Assembly (NCBI GenBank): GCA_963730605.1
Contig: CAVSSM010000009.1
Span: 32,001-96,000 of the forward strand
Length of the DNA: 64,000 nucleotides
Direction: 5' to 3'
DNA from: an uncultured Chlamydiae bacterium
GTDB taxonomy: Bacteria > Chlamydiota > Chlamydiia > Chlamydiales > SM23-39
Shown: piece by piece, positions 1-10,851 of the stretch
Layout: each line of letters begins with the position of its first letter
Numbering within the stretch: position 1 is the stretch's first letter
Notes under the pieces: model-generated
Databases searched by the model: none
Told to the model about the DNA's origin: nothing
Seen by the model: the letters and a program-made list of their open reading frames with translations, nothing else
Program-made: the position numbers and the translations under genes

Positions 1-789
1 CATGGCGATGGTGGCCTCTTCCCCTTTCTGGTAACTTTCGACGATATCTGGGTAGGGAACGATTCCGAGGACAAGGAGAGACCAGATCATATAGAGGGCC
101 AATGAGAGCAAGCTGCCGCCGATAACCGTTAGGCGGACGCGCTGAAGATCGCCTTTCATATAGGCCGTCAAACTTGGGATCAGGTTTTGGTATCCAAATG
201 AAATCACCAGGACGGGAAGAGACGCAAAGAGATGCTTCGGGGCCCACTCGAGAAGCAATTTAGGTTGGATTTTTGACAGTCCGAGAGCGATCATAGCTAA
301 GTAGGCGATGATCAATCCCGCCATGAGGATCCGGTTCAGGAGGTCGACCGGCCGGGTGCCGAGATAAATGATCCATCCAAAAATGAGAGTAAAAACGAGA
401 GAGGCCGCCCAATCGGGAAGACGAATGTGAATCAAGCTCTCTAAGATGGCGGAAAAAATCGCGCCGCTTGCGGCAACATAGGCTACAAGGAGCGAATAAA
501 AAAGAAATAGATAGGAAGTCCATGCCACTACGCGCGCGGCGCTGCCTAGCGATTCTTGAACCATTGAGAGGAGGTTGACCTGGCCGAAAAACCATCCGTT
601 CGTTTCAACCAGCAAAAGTCCGGTAAAGGTCATGAAAGCCCAGGCCAGGAGCAGCATGGAGAGAGAAGGGAAAAACCCGGCCAGCCCCGTAAGGACGGGA
701 AGAGCCAACATCCCGGCTCCGATGCAGCTTCCAGCAACGAGGAGGATGCCCCCGAAAAGGCTGCCGGGAACTAGTGGATCGGAGTTCAT
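1..789 (-). CDS. tyrP: Aromatic amino acid permease (TyrP/Mtr family), 3' end outside window
   Basis: Hand-translated: MNSDPLVPGSLFGGILLVAGSCIGAGMLALP, the family N-terminal signature; ATGA overlap with the thyX stop. Confidence 0.85.
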   Translation of the reverse strand, partial: MNSDPLVPGSLFGGILLVAGSCIGAGMLALPVLTGLAGFFPSLSMLLLAWAFMTFTGLLLVETNGWFFGQVNLLSMVQESLGSAARVVAWTSYLFLFYSLLVAYVAASGAIFSAILESLIHIRLPDWAASLVFTLIFGWIIYLGTRPVDLLNRILMAGLIIAYLAMIALGLSKIQPKLLLEWAPKHLFASLPVLVISFGYQNLIPSLTAYMKGDLQRVRLTVIGGSLLSLALYMIWSLLVLGIVPYPDIVESYQKGEEATIAM

Positions 790-2408
790 GTTCGAGCTTT
801 GGTCTTCTCTTCTTGGCGAATTTCGGTCCCTAATCGGCCGAGCTCATAGCCATTAAAGTCTACGAATTTAAAGAATCGCTCAAAAGGAGGCAAGGCAAGA
901 CTTACTTGACGGGCCATCTCCTGAGCGATGTACCGGTAGGTAGGATGCCCGGCGGACTGCGAACGGAGCTCGCAGAGCCATTGAAGAGATCTGAGATTGA
1001 CATGGAAGTACCAATGGATGTTATAGGCCATAGGGACCACGTACTGGGCTTCTTCAGGAAGCTCCGCGGCGATCTGGTCATAGGCTGTCTTGCCTCGCTC
1101 CATCGCTTCCAAATAATCTTTCTCCATATCGGTTCCGACGATCTCTTGGGGAGTGTAATAACCGTAATTGCAGGTCAAAAGCTGCCTTTCCTGTGTGAGC
1201 ATCCGGTGGCGGTGAAGGTCCCGGTAAACTCCAAAGTCAGCGAGAAATTCAAAAGTAAAGCTGGCGCGCTCTAGAGCTCGCGGCGATTTATGGCGTCGGT
1301 TTTCCCGCGGGGAGCAGGCGGCTTCGAAAAGAAGGGCTAGCTCCTCGCCTTGCAGAGTGCGGCAATAGGCTTGGAGTTCCTGAAGATCGGCTTTAGTATT
1401 TTCGAAGAGCATCGCACCCGCGACTTTATAAACGCTATCCTTGTCATAATCGACAAGGCGGAGGCCCGGTTGGAACATTTGAGTGACCTTGAAGGCATGT
1501 TTTTCTGCGAATTGGTGAATGCCGCTCTGCATGGTTTCAAAAAACTGGGCAAAGGCTTGGTAGTGTTTATGACCAGGGTCTGCCCGGCGAATAAACGAAG
1601 GAATGACCTTCGAGAGTTCCTGATGGGCCTTTTTGCCGATTTCTTGCATTTCGGCAAGATTGTGGCAGTTTAATTTTTGGATCAAGCTTTCGAAGAAGCG
1701 CCCATTGCCGAAAACACCCATGTTCGTGAGGGCGCTGGCAGGAAGGAGACCCCTGAGGCAGTCGAGAACCTTGGCCCGCAAGGCAGCTGTGTAGGCTGTT
1801 TTGGAAACCGCAGGATCTTTTGGAAAGTCTTTTTCAATATGAGCCGTAAGAGGAGGGATGAGCTTGCTGTAAGTGTCGAAGAGAAAATTACAGGTTTCAA
1901 GAAAAAGCTCCCGATAGGCCGATGTCATGAGGATCGGCTCCTGAAAAAAAAGATATTGGCCCTCGACCTTTTGATCGAAATAGATATACCGGGTCGATTT
2001 CTCCAAAGGCGCTCCCCCGATCCTACAATCCTCGATCATCTTTGCCGCCAGCATCGAAATATTTTCTGCCGCAAGATGCGCACCGCCCAGTTCACCGATC
2101 GAATCGTCCCCGTAACCGTCAAGGATCCTGTCATAAAAATTTTGGGCTTTCTGGATCGCCATTGTTTGGCTGTCGCCGCTTTCATCTGTATGCCTTCCGG
2201 CAATCGCAGAAAACGCCGTATCCTCGTTGAGGATAAATTCTTTTAAAAGAAGGGCGCGAAGTCCAAGGGTAGATCGAGAGTAGCGGGAAAACAAAGCCCC
2301 CTTAATCACTTCGGGGAGATTCCGGAGCACGAAAATATCGCTCGTAGTACTTGTAACGAAGTGCTCAAGGATTTTGATCTGGCTTTCGGTAAATTCTCCT
2401 GGCAGCAT
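786..2408 (-). CDS. thyX: FAD-dependent thymidylate synthase, long chlamydial type
   Basis: 540 aa; FSRYSRS, EKSTRYI and RDLHRHR motifs; adjacent to hemB as in Chlamydia. Confidence 0.9.
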   Translation of the reverse strand: MLPGEFTESQIKILEHFVTSTTSDIFVLRNLPEVIKGALFSRYSRSTLGLRALLLKEFILNEDTAFSAIAGRHTDESGDSQTMAIQKAQNFYDRILDGYGDDSIGELGGAHLAAENISMLAAKMIEDCRIGGAPLEKSTRYIYFDQKVEGQYLFFQEPILMTSAYRELFLETCNFLFDTYSKLIPPLTAHIEKDFPKDPAVSKTAYTAALRAKVLDCLRGLLPASALTNMGVFGNGRFFESLIQKLNCHNLAEMQEIGKKAHQELSKVIPSFIRRADPGHKHYQAFAQFFETMQSGIHQFAEKHAFKVTQMFQPGLRLVDYDKDSVYKVAGAMLFENTKADLQELQAYCRTLQGEELALLFEAACSPRENRRHKSPRALERASFTFEFLADFGVYRDLHRHRMLTQERQLLTCNYGYYTPQEIVGTDMEKDYLEAMERGKTAYDQIAAELPEEAQYVVPMAYNIHWYFHVNLRSLQWLCELRSQSAGHPTYRYIAQEMARQVSLALPPFERFFKFVDFNGYELGRLGTEIRQEEKTKART

Positions 2409-2473
2409 TGCTAACGACCTTCTAATTTAATAACATGATAAACCATAAAAATCATGAATTGCAAGGAGCTACT

Positions 2474-3469
2474 GTGACACCCGTATCAACCAAGCTGAAT
2501 CTCCCTATTCGTTTGAGAAGAAATCGCCAAAGCGTTGCGCTCCGGAACATGGTTCGGGAAACCGATTTCTCTCCTTCGGATTTAATCTCTCCTCTTTTTC
2601 TGATCGATGGCAGTCGTCAGAAAAATCCCATCGCCAGTATGCCAGGCATTGAGAGGCTCTCGATCGATTTGGCCGTGAAGGAAGCGGCCATGCTTCATGA
2701 AAGGGGCGTGCAGGCCGTGGCTCTTTTTCCGCATATCGAGCCAAGTCTTAGAACACCGGATGGAGAAGAAGCATGGAACCCGAATAGTCTGATTTCACGG
2801 GCGATCCGGGAAATCAAACGAAGCATTCCCACTCTTTGCGTGATTGCCGATGTGGCTCTAGACCCATTTACAACACATGGCCACGATGGCCTAGCCGATT
2901 CGGATGGAAATATTTTGAATGACGAGACAGTCGTTGCTTTGATCCGCATGGCTCTTTGCCAAGCAGAAAACGGAATCGACCTAGTTGCTCCAAGCGACAT
3001 GATGGACGGTAGGATCGGCGCGATACGGGATGCTTTGGATGAAGAGGGCCATGAACAGGTCGGCATTCTGGCGTATAGCGCCAAATACGCATCTTCTCTA
3101 TACGGACCTTTCCGCGATGCGTTAGGCACCCGCCTAGCGTTCGGCGATAAAAAAACCTATCAGATGGATCCCGCAAACGTAAGGGAAGCTCTGCTCGAGG
3201 CGGCTCTGGATGAAGAAGAGGGGGCCGACATGCTCATGGTGAAGCCTGCCTCCCTCTATCTCGATGTCATCGCAAAACTCCGCCAGCAGACAAATCGGCC
3301 GATTGCCGCCTATCATGTCAGCGGGGAATACGCGATGGTGATGGCTGCGCACCAAATGGGGTGGCTTGATGCGGGCAATGTATTTTACGAAACCTTGCTC
3401 TCGATCAAGCGGGCGGGAGCGGACATGATCCTCACTTACGCCGCTAAGCACGTTCTCGACCAGATGTAA
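2474..3469 (+). CDS. hemB: Porphobilinogen synthase
   Basis: DVALDPFTTHGHDG, PSDMMDGR, YGPFRDA, MVKPA; GTG start after AAGGAG (ORF track start 2435). Confidence 0.97.
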   Translation: MTPVSTKLNLPIRLRRNRQSVALRNMVRETDFSPSDLISPLFLIDGSRQKNPIASMPGIERLSIDLAVKEAAMLHERGVQAVALFPHIEPSLRTPDGEEAWNPNSLISRAIREIKRSIPTLCVIADVALDPFTTHGHDGLADSDGNILNDETVVALIRMALCQAENGIDLVAPSDMMDGRIGAIRDALDEEGHEQVGILAYSAKYASSLYGPFRDALGTRLAFGDKKTYQMDPANVREALLEAALDEEEGADMLMVKPASLYLDVIAKLRQQTNRPIAAYHVSGEYAMVMAAHQMGWLDAGNVFYETLLSIKRAGADMILTYAAKHVLDQM

Positions 3470-3481
3470 AGCTGCTTTACA
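3465..3481. repeat. 17-bp palindrome TGTAAAGCTGCTTTACA (parS-like, copy 1)
   Basis: Perfect palindrome overlapping the hemB stop, between convergent genes. Confidence 0.85.
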
Positions 3482-3483
3482 AT

Positions 3484-5640
3484 TCAAAACGGATCGTAGT
3501 TATACCGCTCCCAATAGAGGGTCGGATAAAGAGACTTGCCTGTGGCAGCCTTAGCGCCGCAATCGCGGAGCCATGCCGCCATCGAGTAGCCGATCCGAGT
3601 GCGGCTTGTCTGGTTCATGAAAATATCAAGAGGCATGGTAATCGAAAACCCCTTGTCATAGTACCTCGAGCCATTGACGACGTCGTTGGCATTGGTCAAA
3701 GTGTACCAAAGGCCGACGCGAAGGCCGCTTTTGAAAGTGCGTCCTCCTTCAAAACGGGCCCCTTTGTCCCGAGCGAGGAACTGGCCCGCGCTGATCTTAA
3801 AATCGAGATTGAGCGGCGTGTATTGGTAGTACACATCGACGAAATATTGAAAGCCTGTGTAGGGGAAATGCTTCACGCCGTCGTTAGTTAATTTTCTAAT
3901 TTTATGCTGGAACCCGATTCCGAAATATTCCCGCTTGAGAAGGGTCGATGCCTCAAATCCGATGGCCCAATTCATATTCACCGGATAGTAAAGGTTCTCG
4001 AGAGCGATCCCAGCGTAGGCCGTTTCGAAATATCCTACCGCAAGGCGTGAAAACCAGCCTTGGCCCCAGTTGACGCTTTTTTGCATATAGGCTTGATCGA
4101 CGTGGAAAGAGCTCGATTGGTTGTAGCGAAGGCTGTCTGTCCGAACGTTGATGATCCTTGAGGGGTTGAGAATATCATGAGTCGCATTCAGGTTTTGAGT
4201 GCTCGACAAAGCCGTATAGCTCCCGTAAAGAGCGTAGTAGATCTGGTCGAAGAAATAGCCTTCTGTGCCAAGGGAAAATCCAACTTCATATTTGAACTTG
4301 CCGCGAGAGCTGCCGAAGAACGAACGCATCCAGGGCCTAAATGTCAGTATCCAGATTCTTTTATGCCTCTTGTAGAGAAGGGCAGCATCGTAGTCGCTGG
4401 GCGCCCCTGAGGCCTCCTTGAGCGGAGCGATCACCTTGAGTTCCTCATCCCCCATTTTACCCTCCGCGTATCGCTTCAGATCCTGCACCCGAAATCGATA
4501 TTCATGCTCAGCTACGCCGTCCGCTTCCATCACGACAGTAACGCCTGTAATGTTCGATGGGGTCAGAGCCGCTAAAATATACTCGATCCTGTTCCTCGTT
4601 TCTTCTTCTTCCCTATACCGAACATTGATGACCTTCATCCAAAGCTGGTCGCTCTTCCCCGGGACCAAATAAAGAGTATAGAGGTCGAAGCCTTGCTCCT
4701 TAAAGGCGTAGGCAAATTCTTGGGCTAATTCTTGACGGGTGCGGAGCCCCCCCAAGGGTTGGGTATCGACCGGAGCCGTGTAGATCGGGACATCGTAGAT
4801 CTTCGGGAAAAGCCCCTTGGAGGACCCTAAGTCGTAGCGGAGAGCTACGCTTCCTGCTAAATCGGTTCCTCGCAATGTGCTTCCAGATAGCCGGACGAAA
4901 TCCCAAAGATCGAACTGAATCCCTGCGTTGATCCGGCTCTTGACTTCCCTTCCCTTGGGATGTTCGCACCCATGCCGCTTATAATCATTCGCATCGTACT
5001 CGGCGGCAAACGTCAATCCCTTCAGCCAATGTTCCGCCCTATGCCAGGGCGTCCAGGCGATCCCTCCATAAAAACCGCGGATGCGCCCGTGGCCCCATCC
5101 TAGAGTCGCTTCGAGGTGGTAATCGAGGAATTCCTTTGTGGCCGCTACATAGATTGATGAGAATCGCTTGCTTCCGAAAAAATCGTTCCAGCCGACGGCA
5201 AAGCCGGGCAGATAGGTAAACCCGTCTTCTTTCCGCAATAAAACAAATTTTACGTTCGCTGCCCGTTCAGCATAATCCCCAAACCCTAAATGTCCAAAAT
5301 TGCTATCCAACAACTTCCGGTAAACCCAGTAATTTCCGGTCGTCTCAATGTGGTCGAAAAAGTTGAATGCGAGGCTCCAGATGTTGTACGGGGGAACATA
5401 GGCGTACCCAAATCCAAAGATGCCGGCGTTATAAGTGCGCGCGGAAGGCATCGTAAAATACCCTCCTTGCAACTGGTAGTTAATGAAGAGGGGGAGCGAG
5501 TCATGGATGGCTTTGTCGATGGACTCGACCGTTCTCAGGTCTCTAAATAACTGCGAAGCCGGGCAGTCGAGCCCGAGACTTTCCTCAGTGAAAATGGCAG
5601 GGGAGAGAGAGAGGAGAAGAAAAAAAATAGGCCGTTTCAT
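3484..5640 (-). CDS. YjbH-domain outer membrane protein
   Basis: Signal peptide; GGYFTMPSAR, AEYDANDY, GQFLARDKG and YYDKGFSITMPLD resemble the YjbH family. Confidence 0.75.
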   Translation of the reverse strand: MKRPIFFLLLSLSPAIFTEESLGLDCPASQLFRDLRTVESIDKAIHDSLPLFINYQLQGGYFTMPSARTYNAGIFGFGYAYVPPYNIWSLAFNFFDHIETTGNYWVYRKLLDSNFGHLGFGDYAERAANVKFVLLRKEDGFTYLPGFAVGWNDFFGSKRFSSIYVAATKEFLDYHLEATLGWGHGRIRGFYGGIAWTPWHRAEHWLKGLTFAAEYDANDYKRHGCEHPKGREVKSRINAGIQFDLWDFVRLSGSTLRGTDLAGSVALRYDLGSSKGLFPKIYDVPIYTAPVDTQPLGGLRTRQELAQEFAYAFKEQGFDLYTLYLVPGKSDQLWMKVINVRYREEEETRNRIEYILAALTPSNITGVTVVMEADGVAEHEYRFRVQDLKRYAEGKMGDEELKVIAPLKEASGAPSDYDAALLYKRHKRIWILTFRPWMRSFFGSSRGKFKYEVGFSLGTEGYFFDQIYYALYGSYTALSSTQNLNATHDILNPSRIINVRTDSLRYNQSSSFHVDQAYMQKSVNWGQGWFSRLAVGYFETAYAGIALENLYYPVNMNWAIGFEASTLLKREYFGIGFQHKIRKLTNDGVKHFPYTGFQYFVDVYYQYTPLNLDFKISAGQFLARDKGARFEGGRTFKSGLRVGLWYTLTNANDVVNGSRYYDKGFSITMPLDIFMNQTSRTRIGYSMAAWLRDCGAKAATGKSLYPTLYWERYNYDPF

Positions 5641-5873
5641 GAAACAAGCCTTGTAGGCCGCGGGAATGCGAATCTGTGCGAATCTGAAAGGGTAGGCCCA
5701 TCAAGTTTTTCTTGCAAGGAGGAATTTGCAACCCAACGCCTGCTTCCACCCCTCGCAGTATAAAATTTTTTCCATGCTTAATTGATTCTTAAACTATTGG
5801 ATTGAAGATTATTTCCGTTTCTTCCTATACTCGCCTTGGAACCAATCGGTTATTTTTGGGAAAAAGAGAGAGC

Positions 5874-8048
5874 ATGGCGTACTTAAAGGACTTCCGAGAG
5901 CGAATTCAGAACAACGACTACCCAGGTTTCTTGAAAATCTGGGAAGAATATTGCTATGGAGACCAGCCGGATGGCGAAGAAATTGTAGCCGTTCTCGAAA
6001 GCGTCAAATCTTCTGAATTAGCCAAGTCCTTCGGCCTGCATGTCGAGAGGATCCTCCCTCTCTGGAGAGAGTTGAAAGAGCCCGTCCAAGCGCATAACGC
6101 TCTTCGGCTGATCCTCGATTTGCAGACGACAAATAGCGAGGCGCTCGCTGATTTAGCGACCGAATATTTGAAAATCAAATATGAAAGCGATCCCCTTCTC
6201 AATGAAAAACTGCGACTCGTCGGCCTTAGGAATCGAGAAAGATTCCAGTCGGCAATCCGCAATTACGAGCTTTTGAGCCACTTAAAAAAAGGTAATTTCG
6301 TTTTCCACACTGCCGGGTGGGGAACGGGGGAAATCATCGACGTTTCCCTAGTTCGCGAAGAGGTGACCATCGAATTCGAATATGTGATCGGCTCGCAACA
6401 TTTTTCTTTCGAAAAAGCATTCAAAACCTTGATCCCCCTGCCTGCCGACCATTTTTACTCTCGACGTTTCGGAAATCCTGATCAGCTCGAAAAAGAAGCC
6501 AGGGAAAGCCCAGGCGAGCTGATCCGGCTCATCCTCCGCGACCTGGGGCCAAAAACCGCAGGGGAACTGAAGGAAGAAATTTGCGATCTGGTCATCCCTG
6601 CCGAAGATTGGAACCGTTGGTGGCAAACCGCGCGGGCCAAGCTGAAAAAGGACACCAAAATCGAGTCTCCCAAAGAACTCAAAATACCCTTTCGCCTGCG
6701 CTCCGAAGACATCCCTCACGAAGTCCTGTTTCATAAAGCCTTGGAAACAAAACCGGGAGTCAGCGCCACAATCCAAATGATCTACACCTTCCTGCGCGAT
6801 TTTCCCGAAACGTTAAAAAACCAGGAATTCAGGGCTTCTTTGGAAGCTCGCCTCAAAGAGGTGCTGGCTCAAGAACATTTACTTGAAGGCCAAAAACTCC
6901 AAATTCTATTTTTTCTCGATGACCTTGGTTCCGCAAAGAAAATGGATGAGATCGATGAGATGCTCACTCATCTTCAGAACCCGTCCGAGACGATCCGGTC
7001 CATCGAAGCGCTTCCTTTTCAAAAACGTGCGCTCCAACGAGTCCGTGCGCTTCGCAAAGAATGGCAAGAGATCTTTCTCGACCTTCTTTTTACCGTCGAA
7101 CAAAATCTTCTCCGAGATTTTCTCCTCGCAGAATTGGATGCCCCTGCGACACATGACGCCTTAAAACAAAAGTTGGGCTCCCTCTTGATCCATCCGCTCT
7201 CGTTTCCCGATATCTTCGTTTGGTATTTCCAAAAGATCGTAGATAAAAAATCGAAATTGCCCTTCTCCGATCCCAATGGTCAAAACCGGTTCTTTGAAGG
7301 GCTGATGATCCTTCTCGATCATTTGGAACAAAAATCCCAATATCGCGATTTAACGAAAAAAATTATCGCGCTGTTGACAGCGGACCGATACAAAATCGTA
7401 AGAGAAATCTTCCAGCACTCTACCCTTGAAGAAACGAAGGAATACCTTCTTCTCGCCACGAAATGCAGCATGCTGACGGACCATGACATTAAAATTCTCC
7501 ACTCGCTGGCCGAAGTAGTCCATCCTTCTCTTGCAAGGTTGCGGAAAGAAAAAGACAGAGGTCCCAGCGGAGATGAAAACGTCATTTGGACCACTACGGA
7601 AGGGTACCAAAAAGTTCAGCTTAGGATCCAGCAGATCGCAACAGTTGAAACGGTCCACAATGCGCGAGAGATTGAAGCGGCCCGCGCTCTCGGAGATTTG
7701 AGAGAAAATGCGGAATTCAAAGCGGCGTTGGAGAGGAGAGACCGCCTCCAATCGGAATTGAAGCTTCTCTCCGACCAGATCGCCCGCGCCCGAATTTTGA
7801 CTCCCGAAGATGTCCCCGCCGACGAGGTTGGAGTCGGTTCTGTCGTCCATTGCCGCGATTCCAAAGGGGAACACCTCCGCTTTACTCTTCTCGGACCTTG
7901 GGACGCCGATCCCGAGCAGCACATCCTCTCCTTCCAATCAAAACTCGCTCAGGCGATGAAAGGGAGAAGCGTGGGAGAAAAATTCGAGTTTCAAGGAGAA
8001 AAATTCGCGATCTCTGACATCAATAATTATTTTGATCAGAAAAAATAG
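5874..8048 (+). CDS. greA: Transcription elongation factor GreA with long chlamydial N-terminal extension
   Basis: C-terminal ARALGDLRENAEFKAA and LGPWDADP; ATG at 5874 (ORF track start 5802). Confidence 0.92.
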   Translation: MAYLKDFRERIQNNDYPGFLKIWEEYCYGDQPDGEEIVAVLESVKSSELAKSFGLHVERILPLWRELKEPVQAHNALRLILDLQTTNSEALADLATEYLKIKYESDPLLNEKLRLVGLRNRERFQSAIRNYELLSHLKKGNFVFHTAGWGTGEIIDVSLVREEVTIEFEYVIGSQHFSFEKAFKTLIPLPADHFYSRRFGNPDQLEKEARESPGELIRLILRDLGPKTAGELKEEICDLVIPAEDWNRWWQTARAKLKKDTKIESPKELKIPFRLRSEDIPHEVLFHKALETKPGVSATIQMIYTFLRDFPETLKNQEFRASLEARLKEVLAQEHLLEGQKLQILFFLDDLGSAKKMDEIDEMLTHLQNPSETIRSIEALPFQKRALQRVRALRKEWQEIFLDLLFTVEQNLLRDFLLAELDAPATHDALKQKLGSLLIHPLSFPDIFVWYFQKIVDKKSKLPFSDPNGQNRFFEGLMILLDHLEQKSQYRDLTKKIIALLTADRYKIVREIFQHSTLEETKEYLLLATKCSMLTDHDIKILHSLAEVVHPSLARLRKEKDRGPSGDENVIWTTTEGYQKVQLRIQQIATVETVHNAREIEAARALGDLRENAEFKAALERRDRLQSELKLLSDQIARARILTPEDVPADEVGVGSVVHCRDSKGEHLRFTLLGPWDADPEQHILSFQSKLAQAMKGRSVGEKFEFQGEKFAISDINNYFDQKK

Positions 8049-8066
8049 ATAGCATATTTTAAGATT

Positions 8067-8708
8067 ATGCCTTTTTCATGCCGAAGTTCCGAATCCCCAA
8101 CCTCCTTCGAGCTCGTGATCGCGAGCACGAATATCCATAAGATCCGAGAATTTCGCGCTATGCTCAAGCCAATCGCTCGATTCGATCTTTTAAGTCTTTG
8201 CGATTTTCCTGAATACATACCGCCGGAAGAGACGGGTCAGACCTTTGAAGAAAACGCCCGTTTAAAAGCGGAGCACGCCGCAAAAACCCTGCATCGATGG
8301 GTAGTAGCCGATGATTCCGGTCTCGTGGTGCCGGCTTTGAATGGAGCTCCCGGTGTCTATTCGGCTCGCTATGCCGGCAAGGACGCTACTGACCTGGATA
8401 ATCGTACAAAACTTCTAGAAGAGATGCGCCACCTCCTAGAGGAGGATAGAAGCGCCTATTACGAATGCTGCATTGCCATCGCCTCGCCTTCTCGAATCAA
8501 AAAATGCACCCGCGGAACCTGTGAAGGAACGCTTCTCCTCCAGGAGCGCGGCAGAGGCGGGTTTGGTTATGATCCTCTTTTTATGAAACACGGCTACAAC
8601 AAGAGTTTTGCCGAACTGGAAGACTCGACGAAAAACAAGATCTCTCACCGGAGAAAAGCGCTCGATAAAATCCTTCTCTCCATCGATTCTCTATTGAGCT
8701 CTTCTTAA
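8067..8708 (+). CDS. rdgB: Non-canonical purine NTP pyrophosphatase (RdgB/HAM1)
   Basis: ADDSGL, APGVYSARYAG, GFGYDP, KNKISHR. Confidence 0.95.
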   Translation: MPFSCRSSESPTSFELVIASTNIHKIREFRAMLKPIARFDLLSLCDFPEYIPPEETGQTFEENARLKAEHAAKTLHRWVVADDSGLVVPALNGAPGVYSARYAGKDATDLDNRTKLLEEMRHLLEEDRSAYYECCIAIASPSRIKKCTRGTCEGTLLLQERGRGGFGYDPLFMKHGYNKSFAELEDSTKNKISHRRKALDKILLSIDSLLSSS

Positions 8709-9191
8709 GTGCTATACATCCTGGATGGCTATAACGTTCTATTTACACACACAGAATCCGATGAGCCGTTAGTTCAACAAAGACAAAAGATCGTGCTCTT
8801 TCTACAAAAGAAATTCGCAAAATTTAAAATGCATGGAATCCTGGTTTTTGACGGACGAGTCCGCCATGGGGAAGAGAGCGGTCGCTCCTACCCAAGCCCT
8901 CTTGAAGTCATCTACACCCCAAAAGGGCAAAGCGCCGATCATTTCATCCTTGAGCGGATCGAATCTTCTAAAAATCCCCGCCAAGTCACCGTTGTCACTA
9001 ACGACCGGGGACTGATTGCCAATGTCAGGCCTCTCGGCGCGAAAATCATCGGCAACGCGGAGTTCATCGAATGGCTAATGAGCCGCAAGAGAAGGGCAAC
9101 TTCTCCAAAGCCCCTGCTGGCTGACACGAAACAAAATATCGAGCGGCTGCTCGATATCTTCGAAAAACGTTTGGAAGAAGAGGATCAATAG
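8709..9191 (+). CDS. YacP-like NYN-domain nuclease
   Basis: YILDGYN, LVFDG, SADHFI and VVTNDR acidic NYN motifs. Confidence 0.85.
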   Translation: MLYILDGYNVLFTHTESDEPLVQQRQKIVLFLQKKFAKFKMHGILVFDGRVRHGEESGRSYPSPLEVIYTPKGQSADHFILERIESSKNPRQVTVVTNDRGLIANVRPLGAKIIGNAEFIEWLMSRKRRATSPKPLLADTKQNIERLLDIFEKRLEEEDQ

Positions 9192-9457
9192 ACTTGAAAT
9201 GTGGAATGTTTTTTACCACATTCGATCTTTTTTTCTTCAAAGCGCTCAATGGAAGCGCGGCCGGGGAATTGCCGAATCTCATTGAAAAATTCCTTGATCG
9301 CAACTGCTTCGCCTTGTGCGCAAATCTCTACCCTCCCATCGGGCAGGTTCCGGACAAACCCTTTGATGTTGTGCTCTAGAGCATATCGACTGACAAGAGA
9401 GCGAAAACCGACACCTTGAACTAATCCGGAAATCTCGGCGTGAATTTCTTCCATCAT
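9185..9457 (-). CDS. acyP: Acylphosphatase
   Basis: [21 protein letters not shown]. Confidence 0.93.
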   Translation of the reverse strand: MMEEIHAEISGLVQGVGFRSLVSRYALEHNIKGFVRNLPDGRVEICAQGEAVAIKEFFNEIRQFPGRASIERFEEKKIECGKKHSTFQVY

Positions 9458-10479
9458 ACCTCAACGCTTTCGAATATCGGCCCCTGCTCTACCGAGAGTG
9501 AATCCCAAGGGAACAAATCAAGAAGAGCAAAGACCTCGGAGGTGCTTGAGGCCTTATTCAACTGAATCCGCAAAGGCTTGGCGCCGATACAGCGCTTCAA
9601 ATACCAACATCCCACCCGTCGAAAATCCAAAAGGGATTGACGTTCATTTTGATAGCTGATGACCGATTCGAAATGCTCGAAGAGCTCCTGCCGAATGAAT
9701 TCGACGTCCCTTTCCAAGGGCGGCTGGCCGCTGAGTCGCCGCTGGATGTCTTCGGCGATCCAAGGCTGACCCATCGTCCCGCGGGAAACGAGAATCGCAT
9801 CGCATCCCGTATGTTCGAAGAGGCCGAGGGCTGCCTTTGCATCGAATATATCGCCGTTGCCGATGACCAAAATCTCCTTTGCGACCTCTTTGCAAGACCG
9901 GATAAAGTCCCAATTGGCCGGACCCTTGTAGGCCTGCTCTCGAGTCCGTCCATGGATCGCGATGGCTTTCGCGCCTGCCTTTTCGGCGATTTGAGTAATC
10001 AGTGGGGCGTTGATACTTTTTTCATCCCATCCGGCCCGGATTTTGACAGTAACGGGGATTTTTACTGAAGCGACAAGTTTAGCTATTACTTCCCCGATGA
10101 GCTCGGGGTTCTTCAACATGCCCGAGCCGCTTCCGTCTTTTGTCACCTTATCAACCGGACAGCCGCAATTGAAATCGATGACGTCAAATCCAAGGTCCTC
10201 TACGATCCTTGCGGCAGCAGCAGCCATCTCAGGTTTGCTGCCGCAGATCTGAGCTCCGATCGGGTGCATTTGAGGGTCGTAATCGAGAAGCCGATAGGTA
10301 TTCGAATCGTTTCGAACGAGAGCGTCGATTTTCACCATCTCGCAATAGACAATTCCCGGCCGGTAGCGGCAGGACATGCGCCGAAATGGGAGGTCTGAAC
10401 ACCCTGCAAGGGGAGCGTAGAGGATATTGCTCGGCAGATCAACCTCACCGAGAGAAAAAGGGATCTTTAAGCGCCTCAT
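9454..10479 (-). CDS. dusB: tRNA-dihydrouridine synthase B
   Basis: [29 protein letters not shown]. Confidence 0.93.
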   Translation of the reverse strand: MRRLKIPFSLGEVDLPSNILYAPLAGCSDLPFRRMSCRYRPGIVYCEMVKIDALVRNDSNTYRLLDYDPQMHPIGAQICGSKPEMAAAAARIVEDLGFDVIDFNCGCPVDKVTKDGSGSGMLKNPELIGEVIAKLVASVKIPVTVKIRAGWDEKSINAPLITQIAEKAGAKAIAIHGRTREQAYKGPANWDFIRSCKEVAKEILVIGNGDIFDAKAALGLFEHTGCDAILVSRGTMGQPWIAEDIQRRLSGQPPLERDVEFIRQELFEHFESVISYQNERQSLLDFRRVGCWYLKRCIGAKPLRIQLNKASSTSEVFALLDLFPWDSLSVEQGPIFESVEV

Positions 10480-10736
10480 CTAAAAAGGCCGAGAAAAAAG
10501 ATTTCGAGCAAACGGAGAGCGAAAAAGGCAAGAATTGGGCTTAAATCGAGCAGCCCCCCCAGCGGGGGAAGTACCCGTCGGAAGAGGTTGAGATAGGGAT
10601 CGGTATAAAAAGCAACGAACCGGACAAACCGGTGAGCCTGCCAGCCCGGAAACCAAGAGCTTACGAGCCTCAGGAAAATCAGAACCGTATAACTTACAAA
10701 TAAAAGATGTATCGTTGCTGCGAAGTAAGCTCTCAT
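10476..10736 (-). CDS. yggT: YggT family membrane protein
   Basis: TDPYL...DLSPILA motif. Confidence 0.9.
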   Translation of the reverse strand: MRAYFAATIHLLFVSYTVLIFLRLVSSWFPGWQAHRFVRFVAFYTDPYLNLFRRVLPPLGGLLDLSPILAFFALRLLEIFFLGLFR

Positions 10737-10851
10737 AGGGTTCTTATTTTAAGGGAAGTTCATTTTTTCGTCATGGACGAACCTGACAAGTAAACTTTTT
10801 CCTAGAACCTCGATAGAAATTGATCCTTCCATGTAAACTGCGAGCCGAGTC

